A stretch of DNA of 64,000 nt from Candidatus Bathyarchaeum tardum. Its GTDB lineage: Archaea > Thermoproteota > Bathyarchaeia > Bathyarchaeales > Bathyarchaeaceae. The stretch lies in NCBI GenBank assembly GCA_024650005.2, contig CP122380.1, positions 128,001 through 192,000 on the forward strand. Reading direction: 5' to 3'. The notes below the pieces were generated by a model. That model was not told the DNA's origin, ran no database searches, and was given only the letters and a program-made list of their open reading frames with translations. Made by a program: the position numbers and the translations under genes. Positions 1-9,190 of this stretch are shown in pieces; positions within the stretch are counted from its first letter, which is position 1; each line of letters starts with the position of its first letter.

Positions 1-320
1 TCGGTTATCATTCGGGTTTTTCCCATTTCTTTTGTGAGCAAGGCTTGCCCAAGGGAGTTATTGAGTTTGTGTGAGCCTCCGCAGACTAGGTCTTCTCGTT
101 TGAGATAAACTTTGCATCCGATGAGTTTGCTAAAGTTTCTTGCATAATAAAGAGAAGTTGGTCGTCCTGCGTAATCTCTTAGTAACTCGTTGAGTTTTTC
201 TTGAAATTCTGGAGTTGGATAATGTTTTTCAAAGGCTTCTTCTAATTCGATTAGAATTGGCATCAGTATTTCGTTCACGTATTGTCCGCCAAATTTTCCA
301 AATTTTCCTTTCGTCAACAT
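1..320 (-). CDS. trpB: Tryptophan synthase beta chain, N-terminal part (runs off the left edge)
   Basis: Manual translation: [15 protein letters not shown]...DYAGRPT...[17 protein letters not shown] (PLP lysine motif). Follows trpF. Confidence 0.95.
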   Translation of the reverse strand, partial: MLTKGKFGKFGGQYVNEILMPILIELEEAFEKHYPTPEFQEKLNELLRDYAGRPTSLYYARNFSKLIGCKVYLKREDLVCGGSHKLNNSLGQALLTKEMGKTRMIT

Positions 321-327
321 ATTACAC

Positions 328-987
328 CTATTTTTGTAGTTTAATCTCTTTTGCGTTTTCAACAAAAGCATGAATTTTATTATGGTCTTTTATTCCAGGG
401 CTGGCTTCAACTCCACTAGCAACATCGACCGCGTACGGCTTTACTGCTAAAATTGCTTCTTTGACATTTTCTGGCTTTAATCCACCTGCCAAAATCACTG
501 GAACTGGAGCAACTGCCTCTTTGATTTGTTGGCTTACTGTCCAGTCATGAGTTTTTCCTGTTCCACCGTACTGATTTTTTGTGAAAGAATCCAAAAGAAC
601 CGCATCAAACTGTTTCAATTCTTCTATGTTTTCTTCTTCTAGGATATCTGGTTTCACATAAACGGTTTTTACTAAACAAGTATCCGTTACTTTTTCATGA
701 ACTTGGGAAAAAACAAATTTTTTCTTTCCATGAATTTGGATTACAGATGGCTTAAGTGTTTCACAGATTTCAACTATATCTTTAACACTTTCTGGAGCCG
801 TAACAACTACACTGTCAACAAAAACTGGAACTAAATCCAACAAAGTTTTTGCCTTTTCTAGGGTCAGATTCCTTGGCGACGACGGAACCCCCACAAGAAA
901 ACCAACAGCATCCGCTCCTGCATCTACCGCAACAGTCAAGTCTTCTTTTCGGGTTATTCCACAGATTTTTACTCTAACCTCTCTCAT
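328..987 (-). CDS. trpF: Phosphoribosylanthranilate isomerase
   Basis: VKICGIT, GGTG, ILAGGL and VDVASGVE motifs. Confidence 0.97.
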   Translation of the reverse strand: MREVRVKICGITRKEDLTVAVDAGADAVGFLVGVPSSPRNLTLEKAKTLLDLVPVFVDSVVVTAPESVKDIVEICETLKPSVIQIHGKKKFVFSQVHEKVTDTCLVKTVYVKPDILEEENIEELKQFDAVLLDSFTKNQYGGTGKTHDWTVSQQIKEAVAPVPVILAGGLKPENVKEAILAVKPYAVDVASGVEASPGIKDHNKIHAFVENAKEIKLQK

Positions 988-1763
988 TGGGCGTTAACAA
1001 ACTCCTTAACAGTTTTTTCTAGGTTATCCGACATCATAATCGAAGAACCAATTAAAAAAGCATCAGCGCCACAGTTCCGCAAAAAAACTATGTCAGACGG
1101 AACCAATATGCCGCTTTCACTGACGACAACTTTGTTTTTTGTTTTAATTTTTTCCAAGATTTTTTCGGTTGTTTTGATATGCACTTCAAGCGTTCTTAAA
1201 TCCCGATTGTTAATACCAACCAAATCTGCATCAGTTTGTAATGCAGAGTTAAACTCAGATTCGTTATGTGTTTCCAATAAAACTTCAAGATTTTTTGAAT
1301 GAGCAAGTGCAATCATACCTTCTAAACTTTCTTCACAATACCCTCGGTCAAAAAGGGCTTTTATCAACAAAACAACATTTGCACCAAGTTTAGACCCCGC
1401 TTCAATCTGTACCGGACTGAGGATTATGTCTTTCATTAGAATTGGTAACTTTATTACATCTCTGATTTTAATTAAATAATTAAGGGAACCCTTGAATTGC
1501 TTGGGTTCAGTTAAAACAGACAAACCAGTTGCTCCACCCTTTTTCATGGCTTTTGCGATTTCTGCTGGATCAAAACCTGTTTTAATAGTTCCTCTGGATG
1601 GTGAGGCAGCCTTCACTTCAGAAATTACTGCGTTTTGTTTTTGTTCTATAACTGCTTGTTTAAGACTAACCGAAAAGAAACTGTTCTTTCTTGAAATTTC
1701 ATAGTATCCTTCTACAATAGTTTCTTTAGCATCCTGTGCTAGCTTGTCAAGAAAATCAGACAT
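984..1763 (-). CDS. trpC: Indole-3-glycerol phosphate synthase
   Basis: ISEVKAASPSRG, LSVLTEP, GINNRDL, VSESGI. Start moved to the ATG at 1763, which overlaps the trpD end. Confidence 0.96.
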   Translation of the reverse strand: MSDFLDKLAQDAKETIVEGYYEISRKNSFFSVSLKQAVIEQKQNAVISEVKAASPSRGTIKTGFDPAEIAKAMKKGGATGLSVLTEPKQFKGSLNYLIKIRDVIKLPILMKDIILSPVQIEAGSKLGANVVLLIKALFDRGYCEESLEGMIALAHSKNLEVLLETHNESEFNSALQTDADLVGINNRDLRTLEVHIKTTEKILEKIKTKNKVVVSESGILVPSDIVFLRNCGADAFLIGSSIMMSDNLEKTVKEFVNAQ

Positions 1764-2817
1764 ATTTTGTTTCCAACTCTTCAAGTTTAGTTAGGTCTCC
1801 ACCGGAAAATTTGACAAGCTCCTTAAGTTTTTGGTATGCTTTACCGTTTTCAATTGCTTCTTTTGCTAGTTCAATTCCATAGCCAAAGTCATCAGCTTTA
1901 CCCCCCACTATGATTGCAGCTGCACCATTAATTTGCACAATGTCCCGTTTAGGATCATTAGACTCAGTCATGCCATACAAGAGTTTGAACATTAAATCAG
2001 CGCTCTGTTCTGGTCTAACTCCTTCGATGTCTTTTAGTTTAGCCTGTTTTACGCCAAAATCCTTGGGAGCCATTTCTATGTTTGTAACTTTGTTATTTCT
2101 TAACCAAGAAATACGGGTCTTGCCAATGGTTGAAATTTCATCCAATCCATTCAAGCCGTGAACAACCATTGCCTCTTCACTGCCTAGATTTTTGAGAGAA
2201 TTAGCAAGAGGCTCTGTAAGTTTGGCATCATAAACTCCTAAAAGTTGGGCATTCGCGTCTGCAGGGTTAGTTAATGGACCAAGAACGTTGAAAACTGTGC
2301 GTATTCCGAGCTCTCTTCGTGGACCAATGGCATACTTCATTGCTGGATGAAAAGCAGGTGCAAACATGAAACCTACTCCAACTTCTTCAATTGACTTTTT
2401 TACATTTTTTGGTTCCAAGTTAAGGTTAAGCCCCAACTCTTCTAACACATCGGCGCTGCCGCATTTGCTGGTCACTGACCTGTTTCCATGTTTAGCCACT
2501 GAAATATCTGCTCCTGCAACAACAAAAGCTGCAATTGTGCTAATATTGAATGTTTTAATTTTATCTCCACCCGTTCCACAGGTGTCAACCAGTCGACCTT
2601 TGACTCTGGGATGAATTTGGTTGCAGCATTCTTTCATTATTGTAGTGAAACCTGTGATTTCTATGCTTGTTTCCCCTTTAATCCTAAGAGCCGTCAAAAA
2701 TGCGCCAATTTGGGCGTTTGTTGCTTCACCAGACATTATTTCTTTCATAACAGTTGTTGACTCCTCATAAGTTAAGGCAGTACCATCAATCATTTTTTGC
2801 ATGCTCTCTTTGATCAT
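1756..2817 (-). CDS. trpD: Anthranilate phosphoribosyltransferase
   Basis: DTCGTGGD, TFNIST, KHGNRSVTSKCGSAD, GLDEI. Confidence 0.97.
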   Translation of the reverse strand: MIKESMQKMIDGTALTYEESTTVMKEIMSGEATNAQIGAFLTALRIKGETSIEITGFTTIMKECCNQIHPRVKGRLVDTCGTGGDKIKTFNISTIAAFVVAGADISVAKHGNRSVTSKCGSADVLEELGLNLNLEPKNVKKSIEEVGVGFMFAPAFHPAMKYAIGPRRELGIRTVFNVLGPLTNPADANAQLLGVYDAKLTEPLANSLKNLGSEEAMVVHGLNGLDEISTIGKTRISWLRNNKVTNIEMAPKDFGVKQAKLKDIEGVRPEQSADLMFKLLYGMTESNDPKRDIVQINGAAAIIVGGKADDFGYGIELAKEAIENGKAYQKLKELVKFSGGDLTKLEELETKYV

Positions 2818-3404
2818 TTTGTGTTTCTTCCCTCAAGAAAATTTTTGATGATTTTTTTTCCGTCTTCACACAATATGGATTCAGGATGGAATTGAACACC
2901 CGTTATGGGGTATTCTTTGTGACGAACCGCCATAATCTCCCCATCATCTACAGATTTGGCACTTACTTCAATACACGACGGAATTGATGATTTTTGCCCA
3001 ACAAGGGAATGATAACGAGTTGCAGTAAACGGATTTTTTACCCCTTCAAACAAGCCTTTGCTATCATGCTTTATTCTACTCGTTTTACCATGCATCAATC
3101 TGCTGGCGCGAACGACTTTTCCCCCAAAAACCGAAATTATCCCTTGATTTCCCAGACAAACTCCTAAAGTGGGCGTTTTACAGCTCATCTCTTTTAGTAC
3201 TGCAGAACAAACTCCAAAAAAGTGTGGGTCTTCTGGGGTTCCTGGACCTGGAGAAATTACTATTCTTTCAGGATTCAGTTCCATTGCTTGTTGCAATGTC
3301 AGTTGGTCGTTTCTATAAACTATTGGGTCGCCTCCGAGTTCTCCGATGTACTGGACAAGATTATAAACAAAGGAATCGTAATTGTCGATAACTAACACTT
3401 TCAC
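2814..3404 (-). CDS. trpG: Anthranilate synthase component II (glutamine amidotransferase)
   Basis: IDNYDSF, SPGPG, GVCLG, QFHPES. Confidence 0.96.
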   Translation of the reverse strand: MKVLVIDNYDSFVYNLVQYIGELGGDPIVYRNDQLTLQQAMELNPERIVISPGPGTPEDPHFFGVCSAVLKEMSCKTPTLGVCLGNQGIISVFGGKVVRASRLMHGKTSRIKHDSKGLFEGVKNPFTATRYHSLVGQKSSIPSCIEVSAKSVDDGEIMAVRHKEYPITGVQFHPESILCEDGKKIIKNFLEGRNTK

Positions 3405-4816
3405 TGTTTTTCACTTCCTGAAACTTCTTCCAAGGCATTCATTAAAGCGCGGCCTTTGTGCTCGGTTTCAAACCACTCGTTTTCTGGTACCGAATCCGCT
3501 ACTATTCCTGCTCCAACTTGAAGGTAGGCGTTTTCGCCATTCGCAACAAAGGTTCTTATTGTTATGGCAAAATCTGCGTTCCCATTATACGAAAAATAAC
3601 CCACTGCCCCTGCGTATGGTCCCCTTCTTGTTGGTTCTAATTCTTCAATTATCTCCATTGCACGAACTTTTGGAGCACCTGAAACTGTTCCTGCTGGAAA
3701 AACAGCTCTTAGGGCATCAAAAGCATTGCATTCATCTTTGAGGTCTCCTACAACCCGTGAAACAATGTGTTGAACGTGACTGTATTGGTGCACTTGCATG
3801 AACTCCGGAAGATGAACACTTCCAAACTTGGAAACTTTTCCAATATCATTTCTGCCCAGATCTACTAGCATCACATGTTCCGCACGTTCTTTTGGATCTG
3901 CTAACAGTTCTTCTGTCAGTCTTTTGTTTTCTATTGGGTCTTTTACGTGGGGTCTGGTTCCTGCGATTGGAAATGTTTCAACAGCTCTTTTTTCAACTCT
4001 TGCGAGCATTTCAGGACTGGAACCAACTATCTGATGTTCGCCCGCCTTCAGAAAATACATATACGGTGACGGGTTTACCTTTCGAAGATTGCGATAGAAC
4101 CCAATCAGGTTACCTTTAATTTGAAAATCATACCTTTTGGAAAGTACAACCTGAAAAATGTCTCCAGCCGTTATGTAATCTTTTGCTTTTTCTACAGCAT
4201 CTTCAAACTTTTCTTTGGAGATGTTAACTTTTAGTTGTTTACACTCCAAACTTCCGTTGTTTTCTGCCTCTTTAAGTTGTTTGTTAATTTCTTCTAGTCT
4301 GTTCTCGTTTAGGTAATAGTAGAATGCTTGCCTGTTTTTGTGGTCGTAGATTATTCCATCATCAAAAATTCCGACTTTGACATCTGGAAACTTTTGGTCA
4401 TCTATTGTTTTTTCGGGCAGTTTTTCCCAGTATCTGACTGCATCATAGCCAATGTATCCAACTGCTCCGCCCACAAATCTTTGATCCAAAAATTCTGGTA
4501 ATGATTTTAGAGTTTTCGCTATGGTTGATAATGGGTCGTCACTTTTTTCTGTTTGTTTGTTGCCCGTTTTTTTGTTTTGAGTCGTTGCTTCACCATTTTT
4601 TATTGTGATTGTTGCTACTGGACAAAATCCAATGAAAGAATACTGTGAAAGTTTCTTGGGGCCTTCTATGGACTCAAGAATGTAAGCGTTTTCATATTTG
4701 CTATAAAGTTTTGAAAAGATTTCCAGAGGAGATTTTTCAAAGGATAATTTCTTGATTTTCAATTGGCGTATTACTTTAGAATTCATTGGCGTGCTGCGTT
4801 TGCGGGTGCCAAACAT
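3401..4816 (-). CDS. trpE: Anthranilate synthase component I
   Basis: LES, GDIFQVVLS, NPSPYM, EHVMLVDLGRND, PAGTVSGAPK. Start is 4816 or 4786. Confidence 0.96.
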   Translation of the reverse strand: MFGTRKRSTPMNSKVIRQLKIKKLSFEKSPLEIFSKLYSKYENAYILESIEGPKKLSQYSFIGFCPVATITIKNGEATTQNKKTGNKQTEKSDDPLSTIAKTLKSLPEFLDQRFVGGAVGYIGYDAVRYWEKLPEKTIDDQKFPDVKVGIFDDGIIYDHKNRQAFYYYLNENRLEEINKQLKEAENNGSLECKQLKVNISKEKFEDAVEKAKDYITAGDIFQVVLSKRYDFQIKGNLIGFYRNLRKVNPSPYMYFLKAGEHQIVGSSPEMLARVEKRAVETFPIAGTRPHVKDPIENKRLTEELLADPKERAEHVMLVDLGRNDIGKVSKFGSVHLPEFMQVHQYSHVQHIVSRVVGDLKDECNAFDALRAVFPAGTVSGAPKVRAMEIIEELEPTRRGPYAGAVGYFSYNGNADFAITIRTFVANGENAYLQVGAGIVADSVPENEWFETEHKGRALMNALEEVSGSEKQ

Positions 4817-4826
4817 TATCCCTCAT
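4776..4826 (-). other. Candidate trp leader ORF, 16 aa (MRDNVWHPQTQHANEF)
   Basis: AGGAG just upstream of its ATG. One TGG codon. Out of frame with and overlapping the trpE start region. Confidence 0.35.
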
Positions 4827-4883
4827 TTTCTAACTCTCCTATGGGATAACTATTGACTCTAATGCATTATTTAAATCTTCTCA

Positions 4884-4897
4884 GTATAATATTATAC
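4884..4897. promoter_or_regulatory. Perfect palindrome GTATAATATTATAC next to the probable trp TATA box
   Basis: 14-bp self-complementary sequence just upstream of a minus-strand TTTAAATA at 4868-4875. Confidence 0.35.
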
Positions 4898-5070
4898 GTT
4901 ATAGTGCTTAGTATATCGCTTCATTTTCCCTTCTTATTAAGTCTGAAATCTACAATAACCGACCAAAACTCTTCAGTTTTCCACTTTATGAAAATTCATG
5001 CCTTTTGATTTTTTAAGTTGGATGCGTAACTTTAATAAAGTTCTCATGAATCTGTATGAATTGAAGCAAA

Positions 5071-5247
5071 ATGAGTGTCCGAAAAAAAAGACGACAAGAC
5101 GGTGCTCGCATGCCTGCTCAAGGTGCTGGTTTATTGCGATTCTTTGAAGAGGACACCCGAGGCGTAAAAATCAAACCAGAAATAGCTGTAATAATGGCTG
5201 TTGCTCTTATGGTTGCAAGCATTTTGGGTCCAGTATTTTTCGCATAA
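5071..5247 (+). CDS. secG: Preprotein translocase subunit Sec61beta (58 aa, absent from ORF track)
   Basis: MSVRKKRRQDGARMPAQGAGLLRFFEEDTRGVKIKPE followed by one C-terminal TM helix; AGLLRFF-EE..K..P is the family signature. Confidence 0.93.
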   Translation: MSVRKKRRQDGARMPAQGAGLLRFFEEDTRGVKIKPEIAVIMAVALMVASILGPVFFA

Positions 5248-5251
5248 AATT

Positions 5252-5533
5252 TTAGTCTTCGTGCAAAACTTCTATTCTTTGTACTGAACTCAGATTGATG
5301 AACACTTCACTTCGGTCTTCTCTGCTTACTATCTGAGGTACAGGTTGAGCTATGGTAGACCGCAACGTAACAACTTCTGCTTCTGAAAGCCAGATTCCTG
5401 GAGGTTCCCTTGTTATTGCTGCCAAAGTTCCTTCAAACCCGTAGGACGGGTCTAAAATTGCAATCATTTTTCTCCCAACATGCCTTTCAAGAATTTGAAA
5501 TACTGATGGCGGAGGGGGTCCGGCTTTTGACAT
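5252..5533 (-). CDS. Divergent Sm/Lsm-like protein
   Basis: Helix, then GRKMIAIL..GFEGTL..IWLSEAE..EVFIN..VQRIEV, a spacing that matches the Sm1/Sm2 strands. Confidence 0.6.
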   Translation of the reverse strand: MSKAGPPPPSVFQILERHVGRKMIAILDPSYGFEGTLAAITREPPGIWLSEAEVVTLRSTIAQPVPQIVSREDRSEVFINLSSVQRIEVLHED

Positions 5534-5810
5534 AGCCCTTCAATCTAACTTGCAATCAGCATAAAAGCTTTTACGCCCTAAAATTATGATTTTAAACCCT
5601 TTTTTGAGGTTTAACAAGGTTAATTCCAAATATTTTATCACTGTTTTATCATAAAATCATCGATAAAATTGTCTTAATGTGTTCCCATTTGTGTAAAAAA
5701 GCTTCCTTTTTTCTTTTTTAGCGGCACATTTAAGTACCAAAGACATCGCAAAAACTATAACATATTAATATTTTTGAAACTTTTCTAAAATTACATAAAG
5801 AGGCGACACA

Positions 5811-7634
5811 TTGACAGACGAATCAACCAACAAATATATTGACAAAATAGTTGACCGATATTCACAACTGTTTACTCTTCCCTCCACCCGCAAACTTGCT
5901 GTTTATTTTGCTTTGGTGGGTCTACATGGTGGGGTTATTTCAGTATTAGCGCTAAACTTGTCTTTAGACAACTTTCTTCATGGTTTATTTTTTGGATCAA
6001 CTTTTATTCTTCTAACTTTTTTTGCAGACCTAATAATCAAAGCTACGGCAATGAAAAATGACCATGTTTTCAATTTACGTCGGTCTTTTGCCCTGTCTTT
6101 TTTTTCTTCACTTGTGTGGTTTGCAATTCTTCTTTTGGGGTCCTTAGTTAGTGGTTTTCTTGGGGTTTCAAACCTTTGGATACGCTTCTTTTTTCTCGGA
6201 TTTGGGGGGTCCCTCATTCTTCGGTTACTCGTGTATTCAGTAACCTCCTTTGCAGGCTTTGCAGGAGCAACTTTTGCTTCTATGTTGCAGCCAGTTCTTT
6301 GTTTGCTTTCACTATTTTTTGTACCCTCTACAGTTGAGTCTTTTACACAGAGCCAACTTCTGCTGTTTGTTTCTATTCCTGTTTGTATTGCTTTCCTTAC
6401 TGTTCTACTTTTCAAGTATTTCATGGACCGTGAAGGCACTGGAAGTCTTGGAATTGCGTCTTCTGTTTTGTTTAAAGCCTTTATAGCCAATTGGACTGAA
6501 GACCTTGTGGCTCCTTTGGAAACTTTTTTTGAAAAAATGGGTACTTTAGAAGACGTTAAAGTTTCGTTGTTGACTTTTAGGACTGAAGAAAAACTAAAAG
6601 CTGCAATTATTGTACCTGCTTTACATCCTGGACCCTTTAAAAATCTTGGGAGTAGTCTTCTTCCCTCTTTGATTCAAACAGCTGTTCAAGAAAAATACGG
6701 TTGTGTTGTTTGTGCACCTCACGGTTTAGTTGGTCATGAATTAGATGTTGCTTCGCAGGCTCATAATCAGCGGGTTTTGGATAGTATTATTGGGTTTCTG
6801 GGCGAATCAAATAGTTATTCAAAAGCTACGCCAATGGTACGAACAGAAAGTCGAGATGCAAAAGCTAGTTGCCAACTTTTTGGGGATTTTGCCTTTGTCA
6901 CTTTAACTACTGCACCAAAAACAATTGAAGATCTCCCCCCTGAACTAGAAGCTTTTCTTTCGGAAGAAGCAAGAAAGCGAGGCCTTTCTATACTTCCAAT
7001 TGACGCCCACAACAGCATGGGGGGTGAATTTGACTTGAAGAATGCGGTGTCTTCGTTTAGTCAGGCTTCTATTGCTTGTTTTGAAAAAGCTTTGAGATCT
7101 ACTGAATCGTCTTTCCGTGTTGGGGCTTCAACAATTATTCCTCGTGATTTTTCTGTTCGTGATGGTATGGGTCCAGGAGGAATAAGTGTAATCGTAACTG
7201 AAGTTGAGGCCCAAAAAACGGCTTATGTGACCATTGATGGCAACAACATGGTGTCTGGGCTACGGGACAAAATTCTTTCAGCAGTAAAAACACTTGGTGT
7301 GGATGACGGTGAAGTTCTTACTACTGATACTCATTCAGTATGTGGGCTTACACGTAGTTCTCGTGGATACAATCTGGTGGGAGAAGCAATTGACCACACA
7401 AAGCTCGTCAGTTATATTAAAGACGCTGTTTCCCGTGCAATTAATAATCTAGAGCCTGTTACTGCGTCGTGGCGCACGGAAATGATTCATGACGTCAAAG
7501 TTATTGGGGACAAACAAATAACAGAACTAACCGTTTTAGCTGACAAAACCACAGAATGTGTTAAACGAGTTGCATTAATCCTATTTCCTTTAACATCAAT
7601 AATCCTGACAACTCTTTTACTTGTTATTTTTTAA
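5811..7634 (+). CDS. DUF2070 family membrane protein
   Basis: N-terminal TM helices; HPGPF, H..GHELD, IDAHNS, IDGNNM, TTDTH motifs. Confidence 0.85.
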   Translation: MTDESTNKYIDKIVDRYSQLFTLPSTRKLAVYFALVGLHGGVISVLALNLSLDNFLHGLFFGSTFILLTFFADLIIKATAMKNDHVFNLRRSFALSFFSSLVWFAILLLGSLVSGFLGVSNLWIRFFFLGFGGSLILRLLVYSVTSFAGFAGATFASMLQPVLCLLSLFFVPSTVESFTQSQLLLFVSIPVCIAFLTVLLFKYFMDREGTGSLGIASSVLFKAFIANWTEDLVAPLETFFEKMGTLEDVKVSLLTFRTEEKLKAAIIVPALHPGPFKNLGSSLLPSLIQTAVQEKYGCVVCAPHGLVGHELDVASQAHNQRVLDSIIGFLGESNSYSKATPMVRTESRDAKASCQLFGDFAFVTLTTAPKTIEDLPPELEAFLSEEARKRGLSILPIDAHNSMGGEFDLKNAVSSFSQASIACFEKALRSTESSFRVGASTIIPRDFSVRDGMGPGGISVIVTEVEAQKTAYVTIDGNNMVSGLRDKILSAVKTLGVDDGEVLTTDTHSVCGLTRSSRGYNLVGEAIDHTKLVSYIKDAVSRAINNLEPVTASWRTEMIHDVKVIGDKQITELTVLADKTTECVKRVALILFPLTSIILTTLLLVIF

Positions 7635-7690
7635 GCTTTGATTTTTTCCGAAACCTTCTTTTATTTTTATCGTAGTTAATTTCATGTTAG

Positions 7691-8179
7691 GTGTGTGTTT
7701 TGAGTTCAAATGATGAGTTAGTTGGCCTTTTCAAAAATCAGATTAAAACTGAAGAAGCCATTGTGGATTCAGTAAAAACTGGTTTAGCTGAAATAAAAAA
7801 TCTTGCAGTTAAAGGTGTTTTGAGGGCGATTTCTTTAGATTCTGTTAAACATGCAGAAATGTATTCATCTGCCATTATTTTGTTGAATGAGATTCCTCAA
7901 GCTTTAACTGAAGAAAACCTTGAAAAACAAAAAGAACTGCTAAAAAAACACATCCAATTAGAAACCGAAGTAATCGAGAAACTTGTTGAAGCCCTTCCAA
8001 ATGTAAAAAATAATAAAGTTAAACTTCTTTTGGAGGCGATATTATCTGATGAAAAACGTCATCATGATCTTTTAACAAAAATATTAAAAATTCTTGTAAA
8101 AGGCGAAACAATCACTGATGATGATTGGTGGGACATGCTTTGGGAAAACGTTCCTTTTCATGGAGCGCCCGGAGGTTAA
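7691..8179 (+). CDS. Ferritin-like / rubrerythrin-family protein
   Basis: Paired helical motifs E...DSVKH and E...DEKRHH. Start may be TTG at 7700. Confidence 0.75.
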   Translation: MCVLSSNDELVGLFKNQIKTEEAIVDSVKTGLAEIKNLAVKGVLRAISLDSVKHAEMYSSAIILLNEIPQALTEENLEKQKELLKKHIQLETEVIEKLVEALPNVKNNKVKLLLEAILSDEKRHHDLLTKILKILVKGETITDDDWWDMLWENVPFHGAPGG

Positions 8180-8221
8180 AAAAGAATCAAGGCGATAGTT
8201 TAACATCGCTTATAATTTAAT

Positions 8222-9190
8222 TTATTCTATTTCACAGGCTTTGAGCAGTTTCTTCCAGCGACGGTCAACATTGTTTTGGATTTCGTCTAGAATATGTTTA
8301 TTTTTTGGTTTGAATAGGTGCCTGAATCTACGTTGGGTTTTTAGGTACACTTCTACTGGCTTCTTTTTTTCTGGCTTCATGGCTATTATTTTACTTTTTG
8401 GTGAAAGCTTGTATTCGCCGCATTCTGCTTCCCACAGTGGAAATACACATGTTTCAACTGCAAGGCGAGAAATTTCAACAGATTGGGCAGTTTCACTTCT
8501 CCATCCTCTTGGGCATGGAGCAAAACTATGCAAAAATGCTGGTCCATTTATTTCCATTCCTTTTCGCGCTTTTTTCACCATGTCATTCCAATATCCAATG
8601 CTAGCTGTTGCCACGTAAGGCATTTCGTGGGCAACCATTATGTCTGCTATTGGTTTTTTGTATTGGGGTTTTCCTGGAATTACTTCTCCTGCTGGGGATG
8701 TTGTTGTCCATGCACCATGTGGAGTCCCTCCGCTTCTTTGTATTCCTGTATTCATGTAGGCTTCGTTATCGTAAAGCACGTAAAGGAAGTCGTGTCCTCT
8801 TTCTACTGCCCCTGATAATGCTTGGAAGCCGATATCGAAGGTTCCACCATCTCCTGCAAAAGCAACAACATCTATGTGTTCATCTTTTATGCGCCCTTTT
8901 TTTCTCAGAATCTTTAATGCACTTTCTATTCCTGCTGCGTTGGCTGCTGCAGTTTCAAAGGCAGTGTGTATCCACGGTACGTCCCATGCTGTGTTTGGGT
9001 AAATAGTAGAAACTACTTCCATGCATCCTGTGGCGTTTGTGGCTATTACTGGGCCTCTTGCTGCTTTCATTACCAATCGAAGAGCGATTGCTGGTCCACA
9101 TCCTGCGCAAGCTCTGTGCCCTGGCATAAATTTTTCAGGTATTTTTGCAAATTCTTTTCCTGTAACTTTCCATTCTGTCATTTTCTTCAC
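8222..9190 (-). CDS. porB: Pyruvate/2-oxoacid:ferredoxin oxidoreductase beta subunit
   Basis: GHRACAGCG, ATGC, GDGG...DNEAYMNTGIQRS (TPP binding), PCPRGW. Confidence 0.95.
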   Translation of the reverse strand: MKKMTEWKVTGKEFAKIPEKFMPGHRACAGCGPAIALRLVMKAARGPVIATNATGCMEVVSTIYPNTAWDVPWIHTAFETAAANAAGIESALKILRKKGRIKDEHIDVVAFAGDGGTFDIGFQALSGAVERGHDFLYVLYDNEAYMNTGIQRSGGTPHGAWTTTSPAGEVIPGKPQYKKPIADIMVAHEMPYVATASIGYWNDMVKKARKGMEINGPAFLHSFAPCPRGWRSETAQSVEISRLAVETCVFPLWEAECGEYKLSPKSKIIAMKPEKKKPVEVYLKTQRRFRHLFKPKNKHILDEIQNNVDRRWKKLLKACEIE

